Source of the DNA: Macrostomum lignano
Lineage: Eukaryota
Reading direction: 5' to 3'
Assembly: GCA_002269645.1 (NCBI GenBank)
Contig: NIVC01001398.1
Location: forward strand, 124,001 to 188,000
DNA length: 64,000 bases
The notes beneath the pieces were generated by a model. That model was not told where the DNA came from. It did no database searches and saw only the letters and a list, made by a program, of their open reading frames with translations. Below are positions 1 through 13,100 of the stretch, piece after piece (position 1 is the first letter of the stretch; each line of letters begins with the position of its first letter). Position numbers and translations under genes: made by a program.

Positions 1-544
1 TAAGACTCCAGTGTACTTTAATAGAATGTACTCTTTCGTGGCAAGTCAAATTTTAAATAATTTGGTTTCCTAGAAACCATTAAATTAGCTCTCTACTTCT
101 ATTTAAGTTTCAATCAATTTTCGAGCTCTGGATATTTAGGCCAGAATCTGCTTACTAAGACAAGTAGAAGGCCAGTGCAGTCAGCATGCAGCTTAACGAC
201 GGACTAAAGTGCAACTAGCAGGGCAACTTTCTCGAAGACAAGATGGCTGGAAAATTGGTAAATCAATGGCCCACGCCGGTAACCAAGGCTTTTCTTAACT
301 TTTTCAATTCTCAAACACCTTCTCAAATTATGAGCTAAGAATATGGCGAGGCCAAGTGAGGACAGGCTCAGCGCGCCCTGATCCTCCTGAGCAGGCTAAT
401 GGATACGGCGGCTGCTGGGGATCGATGGAGCTGCATAAGAGTGCTGCTCTGCCAGATAACTGTTTACAGAGCTGGCTGCCTCCGCTTGACACGCGATCTG
501 ATCACTATTGTGCTTGATATGTCGATTCAGGTTTACTGCAGGTG

Positions 545-1078
545 ACTAATTAAGGATTCGGGACTAGGATTAAGGATTTGGGACTAGGAGCAAGGATTCG
601 GGACTCATATTAATAATTCGGGACTAGGATTAAGGATACGGGACTAGGAACAAGGATTAAGGACTCGGGACTGGGATTAAGGATTCGGGACTAGGGTTAA
701 AGATTCGGGACTAGAATTAAGGATTCGGGACTAGAATTAAAGATTTGGGACTAGTATTAAGGATTTGGGACAAGAATTAAGGATTCGCGGGACTATGATT
801 AAGGATTTGGGACTAAGATTAAGGGTTAAGGATTTGGGACTAAGATTAAGGATTAAGAATTTGGGATTAAGATTAAGGATTAAGGATTTGGGACTAAAAT
901 TAAGAATTAAGGATTTGGGACTAAGATTAAGGATTAAGGATTTGGGACTAAGATTAAGGATTAAGGATTTGGGATTAAGATTAAGGATTAAGGATTTGGG
1001 ACTAAAATTAAGAATTAAGGATTTGGGACTAAGATTAAGGATTTAGGATTTGGGACTAAGATTAAGGATTCAGGACTT
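545..1078. repeat. Minisatellite, ~20-27 bp unit (ggattaaggatttgggacta...)
   Basis: Direct tandem iteration of GGATT(C/T)GGGACTA(G/A)GATTAA; gives the artefactual LRIKDLG ORF. Confidence 0.95.
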
Positions 1079-1111
1079 CAGGTAATGACTTCAATCATCC
1101 CTTTGCCTGAC

Positions 1112-1970
1112 CTTTCACCTCCAGCTCCGCCCTTCGCACGTGGTAGCCGCTGCCGGAGCTGGCCACGCAGGAGTACAGGCCCCGGTCGGCCAGCTGCACC
1201 GCCCCGATCGTCAGGTCGAAGTTGAGCGATTCGCCAGCGTCCTTGGCGGGAAGCGGCGAAACTCGGATGCGAGGGTCGACCAGCGAGTTGCGATTGAAGG
1301 TCAGCGTCTGGGAGTTGCGCATCCAGATCACCTGCTCCGGGTTCGGGGGTTCTGCAGTCTATTCTATTCTATTCCATTCTATTCCATTCTATTCTATTCT
1401 ATTTCATTCTATTCTATTCTATTCTATTCTATTCTATTATATTCCATTCTATTCCATTCTATTCTATTCCATTCCATTCTATTTCATTCTATTCTATTAT
1501 ATTCCATTCTATTTCATTCTATTCTATTCTATTTCTATTCTATTCTATTCTATTCCATTCTATTCCATTCTATTCCATTCTATTCCATTCCATTCCATTC
1601 CATTCCATTATATTCTATTCTATTCTATTCTATTTCTATTCTATTCTATTTCTATTCTATTCTATTTCTATTCTATTCTATTCCATTCTATTCTATTCTA
1701 TTCTATTCTATGTCTATTCTATGTCTATTTCATTCTATTTCATTCTATCTTTTCTAATGCTATTCTATCCCTTCCTATTCTACCCTACTCTACCCCATCC
1801 CACTCAAGCCGCACTCACCCGCAGCCGGTCGCTCGAGTCGCCCAGCTGCAGGCCCGAAAAGTCGCACGGCAGGCTGGCATTCGAGCCAATGACGGCGCGA
1901 ACAACGGCCGGCTTCGAGTCCGCGGAAGGCGCCATCTGTGAGAGCGGCTGCCCCTGCTGCCACCCGCTGG
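1112..1970 (-). CDS. Immunoglobulin-superfamily (V/I-set Ig domain) protein, partial; lachesin/DIP/IgLON-like domain signature
   Basis: Exons 1970-1819 (acceptor ttttcag, donor gtgagt, phase 0) and 1331-1112 (acceptor gagcag, donor gtcagg) splice in frame to ...VRAVIGSNASLPCDFSGLQLGDSSDRLR|VIWMRNSQTLTFNRNSLVDPRIRVS...FDLTIGAVQLADRGLYSCVASS...RRAELEVK. This carries the B-strand Cys, C-strand Trp and DxGxYxC motif of an Ig fold. The start exon was not securely found. A possible terminal exon at 535-396 is in phase but weakly supported. Confidence 0.8.
1358..1750. repeat. (ATTCT)n / (ATTCC)n pentanucleotide microsatellite in Ig-gene intron
   Basis: Visible ATTCT/ATTCC iteration filling the intron between the two Ig exons. 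Confidence 0.95.
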
Positions 1971-2384
1971 CTGAAAATTGCAAGGCGGGTAAATTTTGGA
2001 GATGCTGCATGAAATTTCGATGTCGTAGCGTTATTCAACTCCTGTTCAAAACTTCCATCACTATTGGCTGAATTTCACACCTCATCTCTGTATCCGCACA
2101 AAGTTTTCGTTTCTCTCCTCATCTGATTTCCTAACTCTCTCCTCTCCTTTATCTCGCTGCAAAATCAAGGTGACTTGGATACAGGGTTAGTACAGCAGCC
2201 CTGACTTTCTATTGTAATAGTCTGGCATGCGCACTCCCTGTGCCTTGGGGGCTGGGCCTCATGGGCCAGAATCGCACGACAAGCCCCAGGATCAGGAGGC
2301 CAAAATGAATGCGGTCGCGGACGAGAATCGAACCCTGTACTTTGACGCCAGAATCAGGCGCGGTACCGCTGAACTGCCCAGCCC

Positions 2385-2860
2385 CTTCTCTCTACTCTCC
2401 CTCTTCTCTCTCTCCTATCTCTGCTCTCTCCTCTATCTCCTCTCTCCTCCCATCTCTTCTCTCTCTCCTCTCTCTCTCTCCTCTCTCCTCTCCTCTATAC
2501 TCTCTCCTCCCCTCTCTTCTCTCTCTCCTATCTCCTCTCTCTCCTATCTCCTCTCTCTCCTCTCCTCACTCTCCTCCCCTCTCTCCTCTCTCCTCCCCTC
2601 TCTCCTACCCTCTCTCCTCTCTCCTCCCCTCTCTCCTACCCTCTCTCCTCCTTCTCCTTCCCTCAGTCCTCTATCTCTCCTCTCTCTCCTCTCCTCTCCC
2701 TCCTCTCCTCTCTCTCCTTTCCTCTCTCTCCTCTCCTCTCTCCTCCCCTCACTCTCCTCCCCTCTCTCCTCTCTCCCCCCCTATCTCCTCCTCTCTCCCC
2801 CTCTCTCTCCTTCTCTCTCTCCTCTCTATTCTCTCTCTTCATCTTCCTCTTTCTTATCAT
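2385..2860. repeat. CT-rich polypyrimidine low-complexity tract
   Basis: Almost exclusively C/T; gives the S/L/P-rich artefact ORFs. Confidence 0.95.
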
Positions 2861-3661
2861 AGCTCGTATAATCGATTCCATTCCCCTGCTCCACTCTACT
2901 CACTCCCTGATCACTTTTCCACGGCTATTGTGGCAAGGAAGATATTTTTCATGTTTTTGCTACTTATAGCTCGTACTTGGGAAACTCTTAAAACTCAAGC
3001 CGATCAAGCTTGTCTTCAACAAAAAGCTGCTCAAGAAGCTCAAGTAAGTAAAAACGCAAAAGTTTACAAAGCGCGCGCGGCCTAATTAGATGCAGCGTCG
3101 CAGGCTGGGAGCTGCGCGAGAAGATGGATTTTTGACAACAATAAGGACAAGAATCTCAGCCGGACAGTGAAGGGCGTGGGAAGGCGAGCAAATGGGACAG
3201 ATGGGGGGAGGGCCTGATGAGCTCATTGCAGCCGCCAAATCATCTGTAGCCAGCAGCCTCGCCCAGACAGAGCTCCTTAATTCAATCCCCACTCTCCTCG
3301 CCTTTGCCTTTTTTCTGAGGCGGCGGGCGCGCGCCTTTGGGTTGCGCATTTTGCCGCCGCCCGGCCGCCTTTCCCAGGAGGCCCCTCGGCTAATGAGGTG
3401 CCATTGGCGAGGCTGCGGATCGCTGCAAGCCGCGCTGGACGCCCCTTTGTGCTGGAGTCGGGGGGGGGGGGCTTTTTGAGAAGCTTTTTCTTTTCTGACA
3501 CCCGAGCAGTTGGATGCACAGATCGAATGAGTTGCTAGCAGCAGCGACAGATAGGTGTGTGAACCCGTGCTGGGTTTGGGGCTTTTTTTCACGGATAGAA
3601 CAAAGACCAAGTCCACCATGCAGCATCCTAGTAGGTAACTAGGCTCATAGAACAAAGACAT

Positions 3662-3941
3662 CTGCCCAATGGGCAGATGTGCAACCGACAGCTCAGTCGC
3701 AGCCATTGCGCGGCGCATCTGAAGGCTGCCTACGGCTGTTCAGTCCAAGGACTGTGGGGTCGCCACACACACCCTCAATTACCCCAGCTAATGCTGGCAC
3801 CGCATTTTAAAGTTGGGTGAACTGAAGCAATGCAGAGTTAAGTGTCTTGCTCAAGGACTCAAACTGTGTCAGTAAGAACGGGAATCGAACCCCCAACCTT
3901 CAAGTCATGAGTCTGACGCTCTAACCACTAGGCTACAACTC
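3662..3941 (-). mobile_element. tRNA-derived CORE-like SINE, copy A
   Basis: Minus strand reads GAGTTGTAGCCTAGTGGTTAGAGCGTCAGACTCATGACTTGAAGGTTGGGGGTTCGATTCCC (A box, CAT anticodon loop, B box), then TTGAGCAAGACACTTAACTCTGCATTGCTTCAGTTCACCC, which resembles the CORE domain. Homologous to 11076-11310 and 19905-20233. Confidence 0.85.
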
Positions 3942-3967
3942 TTTTTTGCAAGTCCTTCATTCAGCAG

Positions 3968-4507
3968 CTCAGCAGGTAACTAGGCGCATAGAACAAAGAC
4001 CCAAGTTCTCCATGCAGCATCCTAGCAGGTAACTAGGCGCATAGAACAAAGACCCAAGTTCTCCATGCAGCATCCCAGCAGGTAACTAGGCGCATAGAAC
4101 AAAGACCCCCAAGTTCTCCATGCAGCATCCCAGCAGGTAACTAGGCGCATAGAACAAAGATTCCCAAGTTATCCATGCAGCATCCCAGCAGGTAACTAGG
4201 CGCATAGAACAAAGACCCGTGTACTCCATGCAGCATCCCAGCAGGTAACTAGGCGCATAGAACAAAGACCCGTGTACTCCATGCAGCATCCCAGCAGGTA
4301 ACTAGGCGCATAGAACAAAGACCCGTGTACTCCATGCAGCATCCCAGCAGGTAACTAGGCGCATAGAACAAAGACCCGTGTACTCCATGCAGCATCCCAG
4401 CAGGTAACTAGGCGCATAGAACAAAGACCCCCAAGTTCTCCATGCAGCATCCCAGCAGGTAACTAGGCGCATAGAACAAAGACCCAAGTTCTCCATGCAG
4501 CATCCCC
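3968..4507. repeat. Minisatellite, ~54-57 bp unit (gcaggtaactaggcgcatagaacaaagaccc...ccatgcagcatccca)
   Basis: About ten tandem units; about one further unit lies on the other side of SINE copy A (3592-3660). Confidence 0.93.
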
Positions 4508-5392
4508 CAGAGCAGAAACAGTTCAAACTCACCAGCTGGTCCCAGAATGAGCGCAGCAAGGCTCAGAAGGCACAGCTGAAGCCCGCCTGTCACTGCGGCA
4601 GTCACTCTGACCCGAGTGACCTCTAAACTGTTCTTAGACACGCCGGTCATGATTGGCGTCCGTAACCTTCAAATTCCTTACAACCAAGGTGAAAACTTCA
4701 AACAAAAATACCGAGTGAATACCTGAAACTCGGAGCCGCGATAAAAAATTCGACTCTATTTTAAGCTGTCCATCAGCTGCTGTCGGCAAGAGGAAGCTCC
4801 TGATTGGCTGGCATCAGAGAACTGCCTGCTGCGCCAATTGGGGATGATGCTTGCCACTTTCCATGCAGCGATGGACCCTAGGGCAGGATTAGCGCTTGGC
4901 TCAGCACCCAGCAGCTTCAAGGTTCAATGCTCCGGGACCCGATGTCATACCGGCACGCCCGATTGAACTCGAATCAGACACCGGCTAATCACCCCCGCCC
5001 ACAGGCCCGGCTATCCCAGGGAGACCCAGAGCCAGAGCCTGGAGTAGCGGCTCTCCCTCAGCCCTGGCTCCCATATTTTTTAGTTTGGAAAATAATAAAA
5101 TTTCCTGTTGCGCCCCCCTGAGGTCACTCTGGTGTTTTCTGAGAGCTACTCGTAACTAACGGCGTATTGTGTTACTATGATTATTGTTGTTGTTGTTTGT
5201 TTTCTCTTCCCCCCCTCATTATCCTCTCATCACCCCCCCCCCTCCTACTCAGACTCACCTGGGCATCCTTCCCGTTTAACGCCCACCTCTCTGCGTCTCC
5301 GTCTGATATGTGGTAGATGAAGAATGAAGGAGTTTGGAAGTTAAAAAAATCTTTTGACACCGCTGATTTGTCGTCGAACAGTTTGACGGAAA

Positions 5393-5554
5393 CAGAGAGA
5401 GATAGATAGAGAGAGACAGAGAGAGAGATAGAGAGACAGAGAGGGAGAGAGAGAGAGGGAGAGAGAGAGAGAGACAGAGAGAGAGATAGAGAGAGAGAGA
5501 CAGAAAGGGGGAGAGAGAAAAAGAGAGAGAGAGAAAGAGAGAGAGAGAGACAGA

Positions 5555-5590
<36 letters not shown>

Positions 5591-5643
5591 GAGAGACCTA
5601 TAGAGATCTATAGAGAGAGAGAGAGAGAGAGACCTATAGAGAT

Positions 5644-5704
<61 letters not shown>

Positions 5705-5930
5705 GAGAGAGGAGGGCGCCTCCAATCTCGGGCACTGACACGGTAGAAAGTCAGAAAGGACTGAAAAAAGTCAATTTAAATTGAGTAGCCGATATTTCGA
5801 AATTAAATTTCTTCGTCAGGGCTGTAAGTGAGTGAAGTTTATTTGGCGCGAATTGCCATCAATATATAAAGGCGATATCGCCAGGGAGACAGAGAGGGAG
5901 AGAGAGAGAGAGAGAGAGACCTATAGAGAT

Positions 5931-5968
<38 letters not shown>

Positions 5969-5995
5969 ATAGAGAGAGATATATATATAGAGAGG
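5393..5995. repeat. Two (GA)n microsatellite blocks (5393-5712, 5885-5995) sharing an embedded cctatagagatctatag motif
   Basis: GA dinucleotide runs interrupted by the same CCTATAGAGATCTATAG segment in both blocks. Confidence 0.9.
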
Positions 5996-6599
5996 CTTGC
6001 AATCTTGGAAAACCATTTGTAGTTGTTGCTGTGGTTGTTGTTGTAAACTGAAGCACCGCAGTCAGCCTTAGTTTTCTTAAATCCGTGGTTCGGGAAGAGT
6101 CGGCATTCCAGACTGCATCTCTGGGCCTCCTTGGCAATCTTATCACCGCCTCTCTCCCTGCCGCCGCCCGCATGACTTTGATGAGCGCCGCTTCCCGCGC
6201 CCCGGGGCAGTCATGCGTGCAGACAATAAACTCGTCAAATCGGACCTGTGCGCACATTGTTTTATAGACAGAGCAGCATATTAATCCGCGGACAGCTTGC
6301 TGCTTTTAGTAGCAATTTCTGCCCCTTCTTCCGCTCCTTTGGTGCTTCAAGTTTACAGCCAATTATTGCATTCGGCTTTGTAAAGCAGATTCGAAGCTGA
6401 AGTTGTTGTGGAATTGGAAGTTCCCGTGACTTGACCAGCAGGTTTTATGACTTTGGAAGGTTGAATGCACCCCGAAGTTCGGGCATTCTGGTGCCAGTCT
6501 GGAATGATATTCAAGTGCTTGACTTGGGAAATCATTCTAAGGAATGGGCCAGTTCCCCTGCTGTATGCGATAGCCATCGCATTGAGGTAGTAAACAGTG

Positions 6600-7190
6600 C
6601 GTCAGGTAGCTCTCAGGTGATGCGAATTGTCAGGTAGCTCTCAGGTGATGCGAATGAGGTGTCAGGGTAGCTCTCAGGTGATGCGAATGAGGTGTAAGGG
6701 TAGCTCTCAGGTGATGCGAATGAGGTGTAAGGGTAGCTCTCAGGTGATGCGAATGAGGTGTCAGGGTAGCTCTCAGGTGATGCGAATGAGGTGTAAGGGT
6801 AGCTCTCAGGTGATGCGAATGAGGTGTAAGGGTAGCTCTCAGGTGATGCGAATGAGGTGTCAGGTAGCTCTCAGGTGATGCGAATTGTGTCAGGGTAGCT
6901 CTCAGGTGATGCGAATGAGGTGTAAGGGTAGCTCTCAGGTGATGCGAATGAGGTGTCAGGTAGCTCTCAGGTGATGCGAATTGTGTCAGGGTAGCTCTCA
7001 GGTGATGCGAATGAGGTGTCAGGGTAGCTCTCAGGTGATGCGAATGAGGTGTCAGGTAGCTCTCAGGTGATGCGAATTGTGTCAGGGTAGCTCTCAGGTG
7101 ATGCGAATGAGGTGTCAGGGTAGCTCTCATGTGATGCGAATTGTGTCAGGTAGCTCTCAGGTGATGCGAATTGTGTCAGGTAGCTTTCAG
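6600..7190. repeat. Minisatellite, ~32-33 bp unit (gtcagggtagctctcaggtgatgcgaatgaggt)
   Basis: Tandem units; gives the GSSQVMRMRC / LTPHSHHLRAT artefact ORFs. Confidence 0.95.
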
Positions 7191-8027
7191 ATGATTTTTA
7201 AATTGTCAGGTAGCTGTCAGAGACGATGTCAATGTGACGTATCAGTGACGTTACAGTATAGTAAAAAGCAAAAAACTTACGCATGTACAAAGGTAAACAG
7301 TACAAAACAGAGACAGTGTACAGGGCTTAAGTATCTCATATTACTGATATCACGCATAAATTCAAATTTCGTTACCAATATGCGGAGGCGGAAAAGATAA
7401 AACAGAAGGCTAGAGCAGGGCGAGGCCACGAGATGGATGGGGACAGACACCAGTTATAAAAAATAAGACCAAAAAGGTCGGCTAAGCAAAATTTGAGCCC
7501 CAGCCAGCCCTATCCGCGGCCAAGCGCACACTGCGAGAAAAGCCATTTAAATATTTTTTGCATGCTGATCTCCTTGCCGCGCAGCTCCAGCGCCGGCGGC
7601 CAAAACAAGAGTAATGTTTGGAGGCTCGCAATATGCTTAGGGAGTGGGAAAAGTGTGTTAAGCATTAAGGGCATGTCGATACGGCGTGCCATATTGGCTT
7701 GAGGGCTATATTGATCTGTTAGATCGGCCTATACCAATTGCTTTCGGCTTTATTGCTTAAACTGCCATTTCAGTTTTTTGCTTTGGTCCCATTTGCATAC
7801 GCAGAAGTGTGCACTTTTGGTCTTTTATATTCAATTTGTACGCTTCTAGTGCTTTTTAACTTACTGTTCTGATAAATTTCTATAGTAAAAATATCAAATA
7901 TCGACTGCTTCAGTGTACTGTGCACTATATTCGATAAAGTTCAAAATACGGAGTGTGTACATGTGAGGACAGGAATTTTTTCATAGCGAGAAATTTGAGC
8001 TGAGATAAATTTACATGTGGATAAAAA

Positions 8028-8432
8028 GAAAAGGAGTGGGGTGGTGGTAGAAGCCAATATAAATGTACATGTAGGGTATGAAGCTAGAAATTATTATAAC
8101 GAAAAGGAGTGGGGTGGAGGTAGAAGCCGAGACAAAATGTACACGTAGGGTAGGAAGCTAGAAGTGTTTATAAAGAAAAGGAGTGGGGTGGAGGCAGAGC
8201 CAAGATAAAATGTACACGTAGGGTAGGAAGCTAGAAGTGTTTATAAAGAAAAGGAGTGGGGTGGAGGCAGAGCCAAGATAAAATGTACACGTAGGGTAGG
8301 AAGCTAGAAGTGTTTATAAAGAAAAGGAGTGGGGTGGAGGCAGAGCCAAGATAAAATGTACACGTAGGGTAGGAAGCTAAAGTGTTAATAAAGAAAAGGA
8401 GTGGAGTTTAACCCAGATAAATGTACACGTAG
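8028..8432. repeat. Minisatellite, ~73 bp unit (aaaaggagtggggtggaggcagagccaagataaaatgtacacgtagggtaggaagctagaagtgtttataaag)
   Basis: About five to six tandem copies, more degenerate at the edges. Confidence 0.9.
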
Positions 8433-9848
8433 GACAGGATCAGGAAGTGTGTTTTAATCATGGAGAGAGAGAGAGAGAGAGAGAGAGAAGCATGTGTACG
8501 TCTAAGCATAGGTAAGAAGTTATTAGCGGCGAATCGACAAGCTTTACCTGGCATGCATAAATATGCCTCGAGCTGCAGTTTCAGCTGACTTTCTCTCGGC
8601 AAAAAGTCATGTGACGGGCGAGCGAAAACGACCAGTGAATAGGGACTGTCACCGTGCAGCCTACCGAATCAGAATGACACTGACAAGCGGGCAAGTCCCC
8701 CATTGATGATGGATGGTAATTGCAGCATATCAGGACAAGCAACAGCTATACTGCGGAAGCAATGCCTGCAATGACATTTCCGGTGTGAAGGCGAACACAA
8801 ATCTGCGACTGTCTCCCGCACTGACACAGCACTGAATCGATGGCCATCGTGCAATACTAAATTGGATTCGTGAACTTTTTGTACATGACGAGTCTGGCAT
8901 ACCATACTATAGTAATAACCGAGCGTTGAGTGATTTATGATATCGTGCCAAGACAGCCGAGCAAATGAAGTTAAAAGTTAAATAGATGTAGGCAATATTG
9001 CGGAAAATTTCCGGTGTTTTCTTTTCATATTGCTGCTAACAAAATATTTTAATTATATAAAATTTAATAGGCTATTCTAAACTAGGGTTAAATAACTACG
9101 AGTAATTAACCTATCAGTCAGTAAAAATACATGTTAACCGAATAAGGTAACTACAAACTACTACAACCAAGATAGAAAATTAATTTATCGCAGACTCTAC
9201 TTAGCAAGAAATTATGTAGTTAATTCGGTCCCTTGACCTTTTGAAGTTTGAAAAGCAATAAATTAAAGCCAAGAACTTTATTAAGTAATTCTGGCCTCGT
9301 AAGTAGCTTTGTTTTTTAACTCATCAAAATTATTTTTTTTCCAGAGAGCGGCAACAGCAACAACAAGATGGAGAGGATTGCAATGCAAAATTAACTATAG
9401 GAATCTACAGTTATTCCTTTTTCTATGTCTAAAATTGGCAACAAGGAAGGACTTTTGATTTTCAATTGAATATACTGGTTGAACTACTGATCAAGTATCA
9501 ACAGTAGTATGTAAAAGAAAGCTATTGTATAAAACAAAAATCCTTCATTGTTAAGCCACTAAATAAACAATTGTGCAATCAGTCATAAAAGCAAATATTC
9601 GGCGTCAAAGTTCGAGGAGGGAGGCCGAATGGCGCGCACTGCAACAGCCAAAATACCAGAATAAGTGCAGAGGCCTCTAATTTTGCACTGGCATAACAGA
9701 AAGCCAAGTTTGTACTTTTTGTCAATGGCTAAATATTGAATCATCAATCATCAAAGTGACTAAAAATAGAAATTAATTAATGAAAAAGCTGACCCGATTA
9801 AAACGCTACCCAGGTCAAGAAGCGTCCCAGAGTTTGCATTTTAACAGC

Positions 9849-9854
9849 TTTATT
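9849..9854 (-). terminator. Candidate polyadenylation signal (AATAAA) of GPD1
   Basis: tttatt on the plus strand ~260 nt downstream of the GPD1 stop. Confidence 0.45.
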
Positions 9855-10115
9855 CAGTCTACTTGAGTCAGTAGAAAGTTAAGCGCTTGTGTTTGCAATG
9901 ATTCTTTGGCCATTCTTGTCACGGTAACACTTTTAACGGGTTAACAGCTCACTAGTGCGGTAATGTAAAAGGGCCGAAATTAGGTAAAAATTTAATTAAA
10001 AATTGGTTTACTCAAGCAAAGGACTCTATAAATCAGGAGTCTCAGGACACACCCCGTCAAGAACCAGCGAACCAGGCCGGTGACCCTGAGTTGCAGGTCT
10101 CTCGGAACACTCGGC

Positions 10116-13100
10116 TCACATGTGCTCCGGGTGCTCCCTCAGCTCGTCAATAAACTTATTAGGCGCCACTTGGCCAACGCAGATGAGGTGCACAGCCGAC
10201 ATCAGCGGGAACCGCTTCACCAGGCCTCTCTCATTGAGCATGGTGTACACCTCGGCTGCAGTGAGCGGGCCCTGCAGCTTCTGGCCATTCAGCATCTCCT
10301 CCTCGAGCTGGGTGATCGGCTTCCCCGTGCGCACGAAGGCCTCAGCCAGCTTGCGGTTCCGGCCGCCGTAGCAGGTGGTGACCAGGTCCGCCATGCCGCA
10401 CGACTCGAAGAAGGTCTCATCACGGACACCTGCAGGTAAGCAAAGGTGAGGCAGAACGGTCCAGTGATGAACACCTGTTATTTCAAATTAGCTTAGAATC
10501 TGCATGGAACTACAGGGTGCGGGCACACTGGCCTTTGGCGATATCATCCCACAACCAGCACTGACGGCAATTCTGCTCATTGCGCTGACTCCTGGGCGCC
10601 AATACTGTACGCATACACACGATCATACAGGGTGTACAGCGGTCTGACTGTCTTAGGGGATGTGTGAATCGTACGTAAGTGGATCAAGTGAAGCAAATCT
10701 GGCTCCTAGGTCATTTATTAGGAGGGGGGAGCGTCCATAACCCCCCCTCCTAATAAACTAAGTAAGCGCCGCAACTCACCCCGGTCTTTGTAGAAGGTCT
10801 TGATGAAGTGGATCATCTCCATGAGGCCCAGCCGGATCACAGCCGCCTTGGTGTTGTCGCCGTAGCCCAGGCCGTCGCAGAAGCCGGCCCCGGTGGCCAC
10901 CACATTCTTCAGGGCGCCGCACAGCTCAACAACAACCTCGTCATCAGTGGTAACTAACCGAAAGTAGTTAGTTTGGAACAAAGACTTCAGCTCACGAGCT
11001 TTGGCCGGGTCTCGGCTGCCAATGGTGGCTTCGCAGTAGGTCTCCTGCCAGTTCATAGGTAAACTGAGTTTGAGTAATGGGCAGATGTACAACCGACAGC
11101 TCAGTGCATCTGAAGGCTGCGTACGGCTGGGGGGTCGCCACACACACACCCTGAATTACTCCAGCTAATGCTGGCACCCATTTTACAGCTGGGTGAACTG
11201 AAGCAATGCAGAGTCAAGTATCTTGCTCAAGGACACAAATTGTTCCAAGTGGGTCGATAATCGAACCCGCATTTTTCAGTTAGACGCTCTAACCTTTGAG
11301 CTGCAACCCTCTTGGCTACAAATGAAGAAATCTCTTGCCATATAATTAGCCTCCTGATTAGCCTCGTAAAGAAAATTTTACCTGCGCCACTTCCGGCGCT
11401 AAATTGGCGCCCATAAGCAAAGCGCAGTCGATGCCCAGACTCTCCCGAATGAGGTCAGACAGCAGCGACATGCCCTTGCCCTCCTCAACGTGCACGCCTT
11501 TGATGAGGGAGACACCGTATGCGCCGGGTTTTAGGTGTCCCTGCGTCAGAAATAGGCAGGTGTTGCGATATAAATAGATGCAAATGGAAATTCCTAGCTT
11601 CATGGTATTCTAATCACAAAATTTATCGCTTATTCTTGAGACATCTTTCTTCAAGTGGTAGCTTATCTACTAAATATCTATCCAAGAAGCAGTGTACTCA
11701 CGAATCTCTATCCAAGAAGCTATGTACTTACAAATCTCATACCTATATCTATCTCTCTAACTCTAAACCCTGATTCTAAACTCTAAACTTTAATAATTAA
11801 ATCTATAAACTCCATAGCAACCAAAAACAGCAGTTTAAAGGCTGCCAACTTTACAAACCTTTAGGGTGTTACAAGTCCTGGGCAGGAACTGATGTGGCAG
11901 AACAAAGACCAGGATATCAGCCCATTCGCCAACAGCCACAAGGTCAGGGTTGGCAACAACATTTGTTGGTAGTTGAATACCTGGCAGGTATTTCACATTC
12001 TCGTGCTGGGTGTTGATGATCTCAGTGAGCTTCTTGCCATCTACCATTTCCTCAAAAACCCACATGCGGACCTGTGCAATAGGATAAAGTTTTTCTGATA
12101 TAAAAAACTGACTAAAAATTTTATAGCCTTTAGCTTTCAATAATATATTAATAACTTAACTGTCAATAATAAAAAATATTGGCCTAGAAAAAGTATGATT
12201 GAGACATAGGACCTTTTAGTTTGATCAAAATCTGCTAGATTAATTAATAAATAATATGTTAAAATTATAGTTTTTAGTATCAATTTCTTTTTATATTAGA
12301 CAGTAGACACAAAATATAGAAAGAGTCAATGGATATAAATTAAAGCAAAAATATTGAATACTAATTTTAAGAATAAAAAACCATAAAAGTTATAGGTAGA
12401 CAAGACTACAAAGGTGAAATTTAAAGTATTTAGGCAAATAAGTTATATATAGTCAATGATGTGTTTATAGAACTTTAAAGTATAATCTATATATTTTTAA
12501 TCTATTATTAGAAAATATGGTAAAAAAAGAGAAGTGGCTTATTATAAATATATAGAAAAAAGAAAAAATAAATTCTTCAAAATTCTTTATAAATGCCAAT
12601 GTATTTTTTGTCATATAAATGCAATTAACAATGATATATGTTAATGTTTATCTTCTAACTTTACATAATAAAATTAAAATCTAATTTTAAAGGGCAGACT
12701 AATTTTTAAGTACGAAAAGACAAATAAAAAAATAAATGAGATTTGATATTTCATAAGTCAGTAATTAAAAATATTGATTTTTGATTTGGCCTAGAACTAT
12801 AAAGCTTCTTAGACTATTAAATACAAAAACAGATTTAACACTTTTATGTAAACTAAAAGATAAAAATAGAAAAAAATATTTTTCAAATCTTTGTCCAAGT
12901 GGTAATATAAAAAATTGTATAGCTTTCAATTAAAAATTTTGTTAATTAGTTAGATTATTCTATAAAACTATCATTTTCTTTGTCATTTTTTATCATCTAG
13001 ACAAGATAGCCAATTTAAAAAGTAATAATTCAACTAGCAAGTCATTATTTTTATAATTTATTTTGAACTTTTACTTATTTTCTCCCATAGGTTTCATTTT

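Noticed and set aside
3208-3260. CTGATGAG as a hammerhead ribozyme core
   Set aside because: No stem II followed by GAAA and no flanking helices could be built.
3880-3941. tRNA-Met-like sequence as a real tRNA gene (also ~20160-20233 and ~11255-11310)
   Set aside because: The acceptor stem is not complementary, and each copy continues into the same SINE body, so these are SINE heads.
5855-5882. TATATAAA followed by palindrome GGCGATATCGCC as a promoter
   Set aside because: It lies between GA microsatellites with no linked transcription unit evident.
6353-6577. 74-aa minus ORF and 8669-8905 ORF as genes
   Set aside because: Short, with no homology cues or consistent splice sites.
10080-10439. 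Plus-strand ORFs overlapping GPD1 exon 5, and antisense ORFs over SPOP, DPH5 and P2X exons
   Set aside because: These are shadow ORFs expected opposite or frame-shifted on GC3-rich coding exons.
10595-10650. Short motif gccaatactgtac...gggtgtacagcg shared with 43420-43480
   Set aside because: The match is too short and gapped to define an element; no TIR or TSD was found.
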